Shown here one piece after another: positions 28,190 through 37,106 of a stretch of 64,000 nucleotides of DNA (the first letter of the stretch is position 1; each line of letters starts with the position of its first letter). The translations under genes were made by a program, and so were the position numbers. The notes beneath the pieces were generated by a model, which worked only from the letters and a program-made list of their open reading frames with translations, was not told the origin of the DNA and ran no database searches. Source of the DNA: Candidatus Nanohaloarchaea archaeon (lineage in GTDB: Archaea; Nanohalarchaeota; Nanosalinia; Nanosalinales; Nanosalinaceae); the NCBI GenBank assembly GCA_042218075.1, contig JBDGRK010000003.1, positions 32,001 through 96,000 on the forward strand, read 5' to 3'.

Positions 28190-29185
28190 TCAAGCTGTCA
28201 CCAGGTTAGATCTTATCGTATCAAGGTTTTGGATTTCAGTTTCCTTTGCACGGATCAACATCCTCAGGTTTTTCACTTCGATCATCTTCGCAACTATAAA
28301 TCCGAAAATCGAGGTTACTCCGAGAGGTTCCGTGTGAAGTGATCTCAGGGCTGTCCTCAACCTCTCTACCTCCAGTCTGTGCTCCACTTCTTCCAGGTTA
28401 CCTGGCTTTTCAAAGCTTATATCCTCGCATTCTTCCACCGCCTCTACAGCAGCTTCAAGACTCTCTGATTCTATAACTTTTTCAACACACGTCGATACCT
28501 CAGGAGATACAAGCCACTCCCTGATCTCTTGCTTCATTCCATCCTTCTTCAGCCTGAGTGCTATCTTCAGGTTCTCGTACTCCATTTCCTTTCTCACGAA
28601 CCGGCTGAACCAGATGCTTTCTGTTCCCTCCGCCATCATCGACATCTCCTTGAAGTATGCCCTGTCAAGGTCTCTTTCCACTTTCTTGACTTCCGAATAA
28701 TCCTCTATTTCTTTCTGGTAGTCAACTTCCGATCCTGGAAACTCTATTGAAGAACATATTTCCTCTACAGACTTCTCCGAGAGGTCCATCAATCCCTCCA
28801 CCGAATAGTAACCGACCGGAACAAGAAGATCCTCGATGTTTCCCCTCTCACCTCCCTTTTTCCATCTCAACAACCTCTTTATACTGAGTATATCGTACCT
28901 TCTCAGGAAGGAGTTGATCAGAGGTTCCAGGGAGTCAGGTGATATTTCTATAAGCTCGCCCATCATCCTCGAAATATTCCTCATCAGCGCCAATTCCACC
29001 AGTTCCATTCCATCATGGTCCGACCCAAGTTCATCAATATCTTCCTTGTACTCTCCCTCTTCGAGATTCCTTGCTATCTCGCTAGGACCCATCTTTACCA
29101 GTCTATCGTAATCCTCCTTCTCCAGGAGTTTGGCTCTCTTCGCGCTAATTCTGGCATACATGTAGGGATAATCAGTCTTCAGCAT
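28190..29185 (-). CDS. atpC: A1Ao ATP synthase subunit C
   Basis: YPYMYARISAKRAKLL, EVKNLRMLIRAK; operon position. Confidence 0.92.
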   Translation of the reverse strand: MLKTDYPYMYARISAKRAKLLEKEDYDRLVKMGPSEIARNLEEGEYKEDIDELGSDHDGMELVELALMRNISRMMGELIEISPDSLEPLINSFLRRYDILSIKRLLRWKKGGERGNIEDLLVPVGYYSVEGLMDLSEKSVEEICSSIEFPGSEVDYQKEIEDYSEVKKVERDLDRAYFKEMSMMAEGTESIWFSRFVRKEMEYENLKIALRLKKDGMKQEIREWLVSPEVSTCVEKVIESESLEAAVEAVEECEDISFEKPGNLEEVEHRLEVERLRTALRSLHTEPLGVTSIFGFIVAKMIEVKNLRMLIRAKETEIQNLDTIRSNLVTA

Positions 29186-29186
29186 T

Positions 29187-29723
29187 TCACTCACCAAAAA
29201 GCGTTTCAGCCACCTCTCTGCGGTATTTCTGCCTGAATTCTTCCAGTATTTTGTCGAAAGTGAAGCTCTGTCGTCTCTCTCCGTCTTCCGAGACAACTAC
29301 TATTCCTTCAACATCTGTTTCTCTGAATTCTTCATCCACAGCTTCCTCGAAACCCGGAGATCCTTCAATTCTTCCCACTTCGAACTCGACCTTCTCCATG
29401 CATCTCTCTACAAATTTCTGCCTGTCGCCTCTTGAAAGGTTTTCCAGGTATTCCCTGAAGTTTTCGAACACTTCGTCAATCTTCTGCTGTTTTGCCTCCA
29501 TTTTTGCCTCTTTTGCCTTCATCCTGGCACTTGAAAGGGTCTTCTTCCTCATCGATTCCTTTTCCTGCTCCAGTTTCTCTTCCTCATGCTCTCTTATCTC
29601 CTGGGCTTCTTCCTCTGCTTTTTCGATAATTTCGTCTCTCTCGTTTTCTGCTTCCTTTCTGATTTTTTCGGCCTTCTTCTCGGCTTCTTCCAAGATTTCC
29701 GATTTGATCTCCTGTAGTCCCAT
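29187..29723 (-). CDS. atpE: A1Ao ATP synthase subunit E
   Basis: MGLQEIKSEILEEA coiled coil; GIVVVSEDG..TFD. Confidence 0.9.
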   Translation of the reverse strand: MGLQEIKSEILEEAEKKAEKIRKEAENERDEIIEKAEEEAQEIREHEEEKLEQEKESMRKKTLSSARMKAKEAKMEAKQQKIDEVFENFREYLENLSRGDRQKFVERCMEKVEFEVGRIEGSPGFEEAVDEEFRETDVEGIVVVSEDGERRQSFTFDKILEEFRQKYRREVAETLFGE

Positions 29724-29770
29724 AGTATCACGTTAAATAAAGTGGTTGAAGGGGCGTTTGCCCCCTTGAT

Positions 29771-29989
29771 TTAGATGAATCCCGCTGCGACCAGCGCGAC
29801 CACGAACCCGAAGATAACCATGGTCTCCGGGATGACTGTAAGCACCAGCACCTGTCCGAACAGACTGTCGTCTTCAGCGATTGCTCCAACACCGGAGCTT
29901 CCGATCTTAGCCTGTGCCCATCCTGTTCCGATAGCTGCCAGTCCCACAGCGATTCCTGCACCGATCATTGCGAGTGGTTCTCCTGCCAT
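29771..29989 (-). CDS. atpK: A1Ao ATP synthase subunit K (c), single hairpin
   Basis: GAGIAVGLAAIG..GAIAED..PET. Confidence 0.95.
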   Translation of the reverse strand: MAGEPLAMIGAGIAVGLAAIGTGWAQAKIGSSGVGAIAEDDSLFGQVLVLTVIPETMVIFGFVVALVAAGFI

Positions 29990-30025
29990 TCAAATTTCAC
30001 CTCTCTTCTTTTGTTTTGATTTCAT
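29990..30025 (-). CDS. 11-codon uORF (MKSKQKKRGEI) abutting atpK
   Basis: Own SD (AGGTGA); TGA directly followed by atpK ATG; contains the atpK SD. Confidence 0.4.
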   Translation of the reverse strand: MKSKQKKRGEI

Positions 30026-30074
30026 GTTGATTTTCACCTAGAGTATTCTTTTATGGTCATCGTGAAAGATTTCA

Positions 30075-31901
30075 TCAGATTTCCCTCGCACCGAAAGGAG
30101 AGTACTTCTTTCCTCCTCCCTCGTAAAATTTTGAGAACATCTCCACGTAGTGGAGGCGGATTCCCTGAAGGAATCCTTCCATGATTTTGATGAAAGTGTT
30201 GAAGCTGTGGCCCACCATCAGCATTAGAACCCCTGCAGCAATCCCCAGAAGACTGCCTGTGGCGAACAACGGATGAGCGAAGGCATTCACAACTTTTGCC
30301 AGTGAAAAAGCCGCCACCGAGACCCCAAAAAGCCTCAGGTAGGAAAGCACGTTCGAAAGCAGCGAAGGTATCTCGATTACTCCTGCTATTCCCTCTCCCA
30401 GGTAAAGCAGTATCACCGCGACAGCGAACACTGGTGCTCCAGCCTTCAATCCCAGGAAGAACGCCAGAGCGACAGCGATCTCCAGCAGCAACCAGCTTCC
30501 CTTTTCCAGGAAAGCTTCTCTGAAGCCGTGCTTCACATGTTCATTATAAAATCCGAGGAGATATCCGGCGTTTATGTGGATTATTCCTATAAGTGCCGAC
30601 AGCTGGAAGACCTGCGACCAGTGGGCGGAACGATGGAATAGAATAGGGATTTTCTCGAACAGGTGGATGCCCGTGGCCTTTGCCAGTTCCGAGTGATGTC
30701 CAAATATGATGTAACCAAAAGCGTCGCCGTATATCAACCCGAATATTATCGTGGCGACGGAAGCGTACATTAGAGACCTGAAAATCTTCTCCGCCTCTGG
30801 AAAGAACCTGTAGCCCGCGTAGAAAACCGCCAGAGATGAAAGACCGTAGCCCGCATCCCCTATCATGAAGCCGAAGAACAGCGGGAAGGTAAGGAAGATT
30901 ATAAACGATGGGTCCAGCTCATTATATCTTGGAACAGACATAAGGTCGGTGAGAGATTCAAAGGATCTTACAGGGCCGGGATTTTGGTGCTTAACCGGGG
31001 GATTTTCTCCCTCAATCTTCTCCACGTGGATTTTTCCTTCAGTCTCACCTGCAAGCTCCTCCTCCATCTCACTGAACCTCTCCGCAGGTATCCATCCCTC
31101 TGCCACGAACGTTTCTTCAGTAGTACCGAACTCCAGCGGTGCTTCAGCCTTCTCAACCTTCTCCGCCAGGAATTCTTCGGCCTCTTCAAGCTCGGGCCTC
31201 CACTTCCCAGCCAGGTTCTCCAGACTCTTCCTTTTTTCCCTCTTCTCCTTTTCGAAAGATTCAATCTCTACCTGAATCTTCTCAATTATTTCCGAAGGGC
31301 GACCATCAAACTCCGAATCTACAACACCAAATTCCTCGATTGATGCATCTCTTACAGCTTTCTCCCTGTTCTCTCCTTCCTGGAAGAAAACAACCTCTGC
31401 TTCTTCTCCCTCCAAAACTTCGTATCTTTCATCCGGCATTTTTTTACTGAGTGTCTCCAGGTCGATCCTTCCCACGAAGCAGTCAAGCTCCCTGGTTCCT
31501 TCAAGGTCACGGTACTCGATGCCAGCTCCCTCCAGCTTCTCGAAGTATTCTCTCTGCTCCTCCAGCTTTGCAATACTGTTATCGATAGCAGAAATCTGCT
31601 CCTCTAGATCATTTACCTCCTGGTTTAGCTCCGGGATATTTTCCTGTATCTCGGCTATTGTTCTTCCGCTACCTGATTCTCCCTCTACCTGGGGAAGCTT
31701 TGAAATCGTCGAACGGAGATCAACAATAAGCTGGGATACTTGCTCCGCTTCCTCAAGACTTTCTCCTTTTTCAAGATCGCCATCGTAGTTTTCAATATCC
31801 AGTAGCTGCATGGAGTGAAGCCTCTCCACTACCGGCCTGAGATTCTCTTTCAGTCCAACTATTGAAACCTTCTCCATCTCTGCAGGTCTGATAAATTTCA
31901 C
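30075..31901 (-). CDS. atpI: A1Ao ATP synthase subunit I (a)
   Basis: PRYNELDP, GFMIGDAGYG, LSYLRL, IRLHYVEMFSKFY. Confidence 0.96.
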   Translation of the reverse strand: MKFIRPAEMEKVSIVGLKENLRPVVERLHSMQLLDIENYDGDLEKGESLEEAEQVSQLIVDLRSTISKLPQVEGESGSGRTIAEIQENIPELNQEVNDLEEQISAIDNSIAKLEEQREYFEKLEGAGIEYRDLEGTRELDCFVGRIDLETLSKKMPDERYEVLEGEEAEVVFFQEGENREKAVRDASIEEFGVVDSEFDGRPSEIIEKIQVEIESFEKEKREKRKSLENLAGKWRPELEEAEEFLAEKVEKAEAPLEFGTTEETFVAEGWIPAERFSEMEEELAGETEGKIHVEKIEGENPPVKHQNPGPVRSFESLTDLMSVPRYNELDPSFIIFLTFPLFFGFMIGDAGYGLSSLAVFYAGYRFFPEAEKIFRSLMYASVATIIFGLIYGDAFGYIIFGHHSELAKATGIHLFEKIPILFHRSAHWSQVFQLSALIGIIHINAGYLLGFYNEHVKHGFREAFLEKGSWLLLEIAVALAFFLGLKAGAPVFAVAVILLYLGEGIAGVIEIPSLLSNVLSYLRLFGVSVAAFSLAKVVNAFAHPLFATGSLLGIAAGVLMLMVGHSFNTFIKIMEGFLQGIRLHYVEMFSKFYEGGGKKYSPFGAREI

Positions 31902-32222
31902 CTACTGGAACTCATCTTCAAACTTTTGCCACAAGAAATCTTCCGCTTCATCAACTTGTGAGGACCCGGTCTGTCTCAGTTTTTCTGCTTCTCCTCTTCC
32001 TTCCTCAATCATCCTTTCTTTTTCCTGTTCCATTTCCTCCCTGAAGTTTTCCATCCTCTTCATCCGATCTTTTTCTGCTTCATTCCTGGCTTCTTCCACT
32101 ATGCTTTCCGCTCTTTCCCTCGCATCACTGACAATTTGCTCTTTCTCCTCTCTCGCATCTTCAACTATAGAACTGGCGTCTTTCTCAGCTTTACGTACTT
32201 CCTTAACAACTGTTTCAGCCAT
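31902..32222 (-). CDS. atpH: A1Ao ATP synthase subunit H (G)
   Basis: Charged coiled coil VRKAEKDA..; first gene of the operon. Confidence 0.85.
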   Translation of the reverse strand: MAETVVKEVRKAEKDASSIVEDAREEKEQIVSDARERAESIVEEARNEAEKDRMKRMENFREEMEQEKERMIEEGRGEAEKLRQTGSSQVDEAEDFLWQKFEDEFQ

Positions 32223-32354
32223 TATGTCACCATTAAATCGTGCGAACGCAGAAGTTTATAAAGGCTATCTTGGCGCTCACAGCGGCTTCCTTTATAAAAA
32301 TTTTCCAAATTTTTCCAGCTCTTGATTATAAAGATTCCAGAATATAAATTTAGT

Positions 32355-33452
32355 ATGAAGGAGCGGGGTTACAGAATATTTGCTCCAGAAGAGGAAGAAC
32401 CTGACAAGGATTCAGAAGTTTTCTACAACAGAGAGATGCTGACAAACAGGGACCTCTCTGAGATAGCGGGAGAAGTTTTCGGCGAAAAGATCGATCCGGA
32501 AGAGTTCAGGTGCTGCGATGCCTTAACAGGTACCGGCATCCGTGGTTTAAGATACTCCTCTTTCTCCGACAGCACCTTCCTGAACGATGCTAACCCTGAA
32601 GCTGTAGAAGCCGCAGAAAAAGCAGTTGAGGCAAACAATATGGAGGCAGAGATTTCCAATCTTGATGCAAATGTCTTCTTATCCGGGAACAGGAACTACT
32701 TTCACCTCATAGATATCGATCCCTTTGGACCCTTCACTCCCTACCTGGATTCGGCTGCAAGAGCCTCAAACCACCAGTCACTTGCTGGTTTTACCGCTAC
32801 CGACAACGCTGTTGCATCAGGAAGCTACCGGAAGACCTGTATAAGGAGATACGGTTCGAAGCCTATCAAAAATAGTTTCATGCACGAGACCGGCCTGAGA
32901 ATCTATATCAAAGAGATTTTCGAAAACTACGCCCGGCACGACAAGTGCTTCGATCCAAAAGTGTGCTGGCATGAGAGGCATTACTCCAGGGTGATCGGCA
33001 GAGTTACCGAATCGAAGAAGAGGACGAACCGAAGTCTTGAAAATATCGGATACCTTTCATTCTGCCCGGAATGCCGCTGGAGGAAGCTTGAGAGAAAGGA
33101 GAAGTGCGGTGGCTGCGGAAACACCGGTCTGGAATATGCTGGACCTATCTGGACTGGGAAGTTTGCGGACCAGCGCTTTACAGCTAAAATGCTGGAAGAG
33201 ATGAATGAAGATTGGGAGGAAAGCATGGAGTTGCTCCAGAGGATTGATGGGGAGGCAGAAATCTTGACACCTTTCTATGATCTCCACGAGCTCTGCTCGA
33301 GCATCGGAATCCACGTACCGAAGAGAGACAAGGTTATTGAGGAAATCAGGCAGAAAGGCTATCCGGTTTCGAGGACTCACTTCTCCGCCACCGGTTTCAG
33401 GACTGACGCACCTATTGGAGACGTGAAAGAAATTATCAAGAGTTCTGATTAA
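32355..33452 (+). CDS. trm1: tRNA (guanine-26 N2)-dimethyltransferase
   Basis: VFYNREM..NRD, GTGIRGLRY, IDIDPFG, TATD, SRTHF. Confidence 0.93.
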   Translation: MKERGYRIFAPEEEEPDKDSEVFYNREMLTNRDLSEIAGEVFGEKIDPEEFRCCDALTGTGIRGLRYSSFSDSTFLNDANPEAVEAAEKAVEANNMEAEISNLDANVFLSGNRNYFHLIDIDPFGPFTPYLDSAARASNHQSLAGFTATDNAVASGSYRKTCIRRYGSKPIKNSFMHETGLRIYIKEIFENYARHDKCFDPKVCWHERHYSRVIGRVTESKKRTNRSLENIGYLSFCPECRWRKLERKEKCGGCGNTGLEYAGPIWTGKFADQRFTAKMLEEMNEDWEESMELLQRIDGEAEILTPFYDLHELCSSIGIHVPKRDKVIEEIRQKGYPVSRTHFSATGFRTDAPIGDVKEIIKSSD

Positions 33453-33460
33453 CTTAGATC

Positions 33461-34429
33461 ATGGATATTAACCAAACAGATGTGGTAAAAGCAGTTTCTC
33501 ATGTTAGAGATGAAAATGTTTCGAACATCAAAGACGTTTCCAGCAGCGCCAAGAAAACTTTCAGGGTAGAATTCAAAAAATCCATAAACCTGATCGTCTG
33601 CTTCAGTAGCAAAGAACTGAAGAAAAGGTTCAGGAAAGAAGAAAAAGTGGTGGAACTGGTGAACAGGAGAACAAACATCCCTACCCAGAGAATAGTCTAC
33701 TCCAGTCTGGACTCAGACCCAATGTTTTACATAGCTGAGGAGATGGAGGGAACTGAATGTCTGGAATTATATGAAGCACTCTCCTTCACCGAAAAGAAGA
33801 AAATAGTAAAACAGATCGGGAAAATACTGGCGGTGCTTCACAGCCAGACCGAATTCGAATCACATGGAGACTTGATTCTCTCAAGTGGAAAACTAAGAGT
33901 TCAAGATGAACCTTCATGGAAAGAATACCTTCAAAAATTTATACTGGGAGAAATAGAAAAACTGGAAGGTACAAGATTTGAAGATTTACAGCAGAACTAC
34001 CGGAAATATCTCAAGCAGAACCTAGACCTGCTGGGAACAGAGAAACCAGTACTTGTCCACTTCGATGTCTCTCCCGATAACATCTTCCTGGAAGACACTG
34101 ATGTATCCGGAATAATCGACTGGGAGCGATCATTTTCCGGGCACTCGGAATGGGATCTCGCCTACACTGAGACACAGATGATTCACAGATTTATCGAAAA
34201 CGATGAAGAGATCAAGAAACTTAAGGAGGCATTCTACAGCAGCTATAGAGAAAATTACAGGCTGGAAGACGGATGGAAGGAAAGAATTGAGTTCTACAAG
34301 ACACTGAAAGCTATCTATGCAATGAGATATTTCGAGAGCTGGACGGAAAAAGAAGGACTAACAGCTAAGGAGAGGAAGGAAGAGGAGGAAATCCTGAGAA
34401 ATATACTGAAGCAAAACTGTAGCAAATAG
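33461..34429 (+). CDS. APH/choline-kinase-like phosphotransferase
   Basis: LVHFDVSPDNI, IIDWE. Confidence 0.82.
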   Translation: MDINQTDVVKAVSHVRDENVSNIKDVSSSAKKTFRVEFKKSINLIVCFSSKELKKRFRKEEKVVELVNRRTNIPTQRIVYSSLDSDPMFYIAEEMEGTECLELYEALSFTEKKKIVKQIGKILAVLHSQTEFESHGDLILSSGKLRVQDEPSWKEYLQKFILGEIEKLEGTRFEDLQQNYRKYLKQNLDLLGTEKPVLVHFDVSPDNIFLEDTDVSGIIDWERSFSGHSEWDLAYTETQMIHRFIENDEEIKKLKEAFYSSYRENYRLEDGWKERIEFYKTLKAIYAMRYFESWTEKEGLTAKERKEEEEILRNILKQNCSK

Positions 34430-34453
34430 TCTCTGGACAGAAAACAACTTAAG

Positions 34454-34472
34454 TGTACAAAATGTATACATT
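34454..34472. promoter_or_regulatory. Palindromic operator of the second vapBC pair
   Basis: TGTACA plus perfect 12-bp palindrome AATGTATACATT (34461-34472) just before the antitoxin start. Confidence 0.5.
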
Positions 34473-34481
34473 GATGTGAAG

Positions 34482-34745
34482 ATGGGAACTGTCAGCATCA
34501 GGATGCCGGATGAAGAGATCGAGAAGCTGGAGAGACTGGCTGAAAGAGAGGGAAAGAGTCGTTCCGCTTTTTTGAGAGAGATAGCGGAGGAAAAGATAGA
34601 GAAAGATTCGACTTCGAGTCTCTGGGATCTCGCAGGTATTTTATCCGATGAAGAAGCAGAAGAAATGAGGGAAGTAATAAAGGAAAAAAGAAAGAAAACT
34701 ACAGAAGATTTAAAGAAGAGGGCAAAAGAGGCGTTTGAAGATTGA
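34482..34745 (+). CDS. vapB: CopG/RHH VapB antitoxin
   Basis: TVSIRMPDEE..SRSAFLRE; LWDLAGILSDEEA. Confidence 0.82.
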   Translation: MGTVSIRMPDEEIEKLERLAEREGKSRSAFLREIAEEKIEKDSTSSLWDLAGILSDEEAEEMREVIKEKRKKTTEDLKKRAKEAFED

Positions 34746-35140
34746 TTGTAGACACATCTTTCATAATCGATCTTATGGACGACAAAGAGGAGGCGATAAA
34801 AAAACTCACTGAAATCGAGAAAAGAGATGTCACAATTTCCGTTACACCCGTAACTGCATTTGAACTACGTTATGGTGCACTCCAATACCACGACACGGAG
34901 TCTGAGAAGACGAAGATAAATCAGACACTTGACGAACTATCTACCAGAAGATTGCCGCTTGGATGGAGCCAGGGAAACCAGGCAGCGGAAATAATGCATA
35001 AACTAGAAAAACAAGGCGACAAGATCGAGTTCGAAGACGTCACCATCGCCTCCCTAGCCAAAGACACAGACCAGAAAATCCTCACCGGAAACCCGGAACA
35101 CTTCCAGAAAATCAACGGAGTAGAAGTCGAGAGCTACTGA
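34742..35140 (+). CDS. vapC: VapC/PIN toxin
   Basis: IVDTSFIID, FEL, EDVTIA, TGNPEHF; TTG start overlapping antitoxin stop. Confidence 0.88.
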   Translation: MIVDTSFIIDLMDDKEEAIKKLTEIEKRDVTISVTPVTAFELRYGALQYHDTESEKTKINQTLDELSTRRLPLGWSQGNQAAEIMHKLEKQGDKIEFEDVTIASLAKDTDQKILTGNPEHFQKINGVEVESY

Positions 35141-35198
35141 AGCTCCAGAAACTCTGGGAAAGCTACATCTACAACGAAGAACAAGACCGGCCTCATGG

Positions 35199-35774
35199 TT
35201 AGACCTTTTCTAATTCACCATATTCAACTCTGTACGAACTGAGTTGACTCCAAGGATCGCTATTATCGTACCACTCAGGATTACGAGAAACCAGACTCTG
35301 GAAATGAATTACAGCAGCTTTGTCCCTATCCTGGAGAGCCTCTATTTCCTCCATGTCCGAAGGATGTCCTGGAGGATCTATCATCTTGAAACCCTCCTGA
35401 TCCGAATAAATTATGTTCTTATAAAGGTCGCCATGAGCTAGCCCTTTTTCATGCATCTTCTCAACTAAGTCAAAAAGCCGTATAACTCTTTCCACTCCGG
35501 TAGTTAAACCGAAATCAGGCATATTGAAATAGCTATCAATTCTTCTCCCGGAAACCTTATTCATCGAATAACCAGTTAACTCGCCTTCTAAGAACATTGG
35601 ATTTAACGGCTCTACTACATGATCTGGCATTTCTTCATGAAGGACATTTAACCACTCCCACTCTGCCTCAAAGCTCTTATTCTCAATCGGGACCAAGTTA
35701 GGGTAAGTTCTATCCAACTCCCACTTAAAGTGGCGGTTATCCAAAATATCCAGATCAGGTTTTGAAACAGACAT
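35199..35774 (-). CDS. Protein-kinase-like (RIO/Bud32-type) orphan
   Basis: HEKGLAHGDLYKNII..KMIDP catalytic loop. Confidence 0.6.
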   Translation of the reverse strand: MSVSKPDLDILDNRHFKWELDRTYPNLVPIENKSFEAEWEWLNVLHEEMPDHVVEPLNPMFLEGELTGYSMNKVSGRRIDSYFNMPDFGLTTGVERVIRLFDLVEKMHEKGLAHGDLYKNIIYSDQEGFKMIDPPGHPSDMEEIEALQDRDKAAVIHFQSLVSRNPEWYDNSDPWSQLSSYRVEYGELEKV

Positions 35775-35821
35775 TAGAACCCTCTGAACTGATGAAGAAA
35801 CAAGAGAAAAATGAAAGATAT

Positions 35822-36910
35822 TTAGTTGGACTTCTCTTCCAGTTCTTCCTCGAGGCCGAGTTTCTCCGCAAGTTCCTTGTAGCGGTTCCTGATAGTGACT
35901 TCGGTAACTCCCACTACATCCGCAACTTCTCTCTGGGTTCTCTTCTCTCCTTCAAGCACCGCTGCGATGTAGAGCGCTGCTGCGGCAAGACCTGTAGGTC
36001 CTTTGCCGGAAAGAAGATCTTTCTCCCTAGCCTCTTTCAGGATGTTCCTGGCTCTGGCCTGTACTTCTCCGGATAGCTGTAGCTTTCCAGCGAAGCGTGG
36101 AACATAGTCCTGAGGCTTCGCGGGAAGAATCCTGAGTCCGAGTTCCCTTGCCACATACCTGTAGGCTCGTCCTATCTCTCTTTTTTCAATACCGGATGCT
36201 TCGGAAATCTCGTCGAGTGTCCTCGGTGTCCCCTGCTTCCTCGCAACTATGTAGAGGAGTGCGGAGATGATCGATTCCATCGACCTTCCCCTGACAAGTC
36301 CCTGGTCGACAGCTTTTTCATAGAGTCGTGCGACCTCTTCGTGGACTGATTCCGGAAGGTTCAGGTTGGAAACCATCGAGTTGAGCTCGGAGAGCGCAAA
36401 TCCTAGATTCCTGTCCTTTGACTTGGTAAGCCTCTTGTGCCACTTCCTCAGCCTGTAGTACTGGGCTCTCTTGTTACCTGAAACCTTGTAGAGCTCTCCG
36501 GATCCCTGGCCTATCTCGGTTGAGATACCCATGTCGTGCTTGGTGTAGGTCAGTGGCTGTCCGGCTCTCGCTTTCTTCTCCCTTTCCTGCTCGTTGAACG
36601 CTCTCCATTCAGCAGTCTCATCGATCCGGTCTTCCTCTATTACTAGACCACATTCCACACAGGTGAGCTCTCCCTGTGCAGAGTTTTCCTCGAAGCGCTG
36701 TGCTTCGCATTCGGGACAGGTAAGTACGGTATCGCCTTCGTCGGCTTCCTCTCTTCTAACCTCGTAGCCTTTTCCGGCCTCAACTTCTTTGTCTTCAGTC
36801 TCCTGTTCTTCTTCAAGGTTTTCGTCTTCTTCCTCTTCTTCGTCCCATTCCTCAGGGACCTGGTACTCGTCAAATTCTCGACGTGGAACGTTGTGTGCTT
36901 GGTCTGACAT
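35822..36910 (-). CDS. tfb: Transcription initiation factor TFB with acidic N-terminal extension
   Basis: CPEC..CVECG zinc ribbon, EWRAF, two cyclin repeats, TEVTIRNRYKEL. Confidence 0.97.
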   Translation of the reverse strand: MSDQAHNVPRREFDEYQVPEEWDEEEEEDENLEEEQETEDKEVEAGKGYEVRREEADEGDTVLTCPECEAQRFEENSAQGELTCVECGLVIEEDRIDETAEWRAFNEQEREKKARAGQPLTYTKHDMGISTEIGQGSGELYKVSGNKRAQYYRLRKWHKRLTKSKDRNLGFALSELNSMVSNLNLPESVHEEVARLYEKAVDQGLVRGRSMESIISALLYIVARKQGTPRTLDEISEASGIEKREIGRAYRYVARELGLRILPAKPQDYVPRFAGKLQLSGEVQARARNILKEAREKDLLSGKGPTGLAAAALYIAAVLEGEKRTQREVADVVGVTEVTIRNRYKELAEKLGLEEELEEKSN

Positions 36911-37106
36911 AGTATTTTTAGCCTCTTTGACAGGGAAGCATCTGGTCTGGAGTTAGTAACCGATCTGCTAGAAATCCTTGACCCTCCCCTACGAATATTA
37001 AAGGGCGGCCCAAACTTTTAAATATCTTTTCCATAGTTGTTTATTGCTTTGTGACAACATTTATCAGGGACAGCTAATATAATCCGTTAAAAACAATAAT
37101 GTAACG

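Noticed and set aside
37008-37013. TTGGGC next to the tfb TATA box (also near 14271)
   Set aside because: Lies upstream of the expected TSS and is not enclosed in a comparable stem
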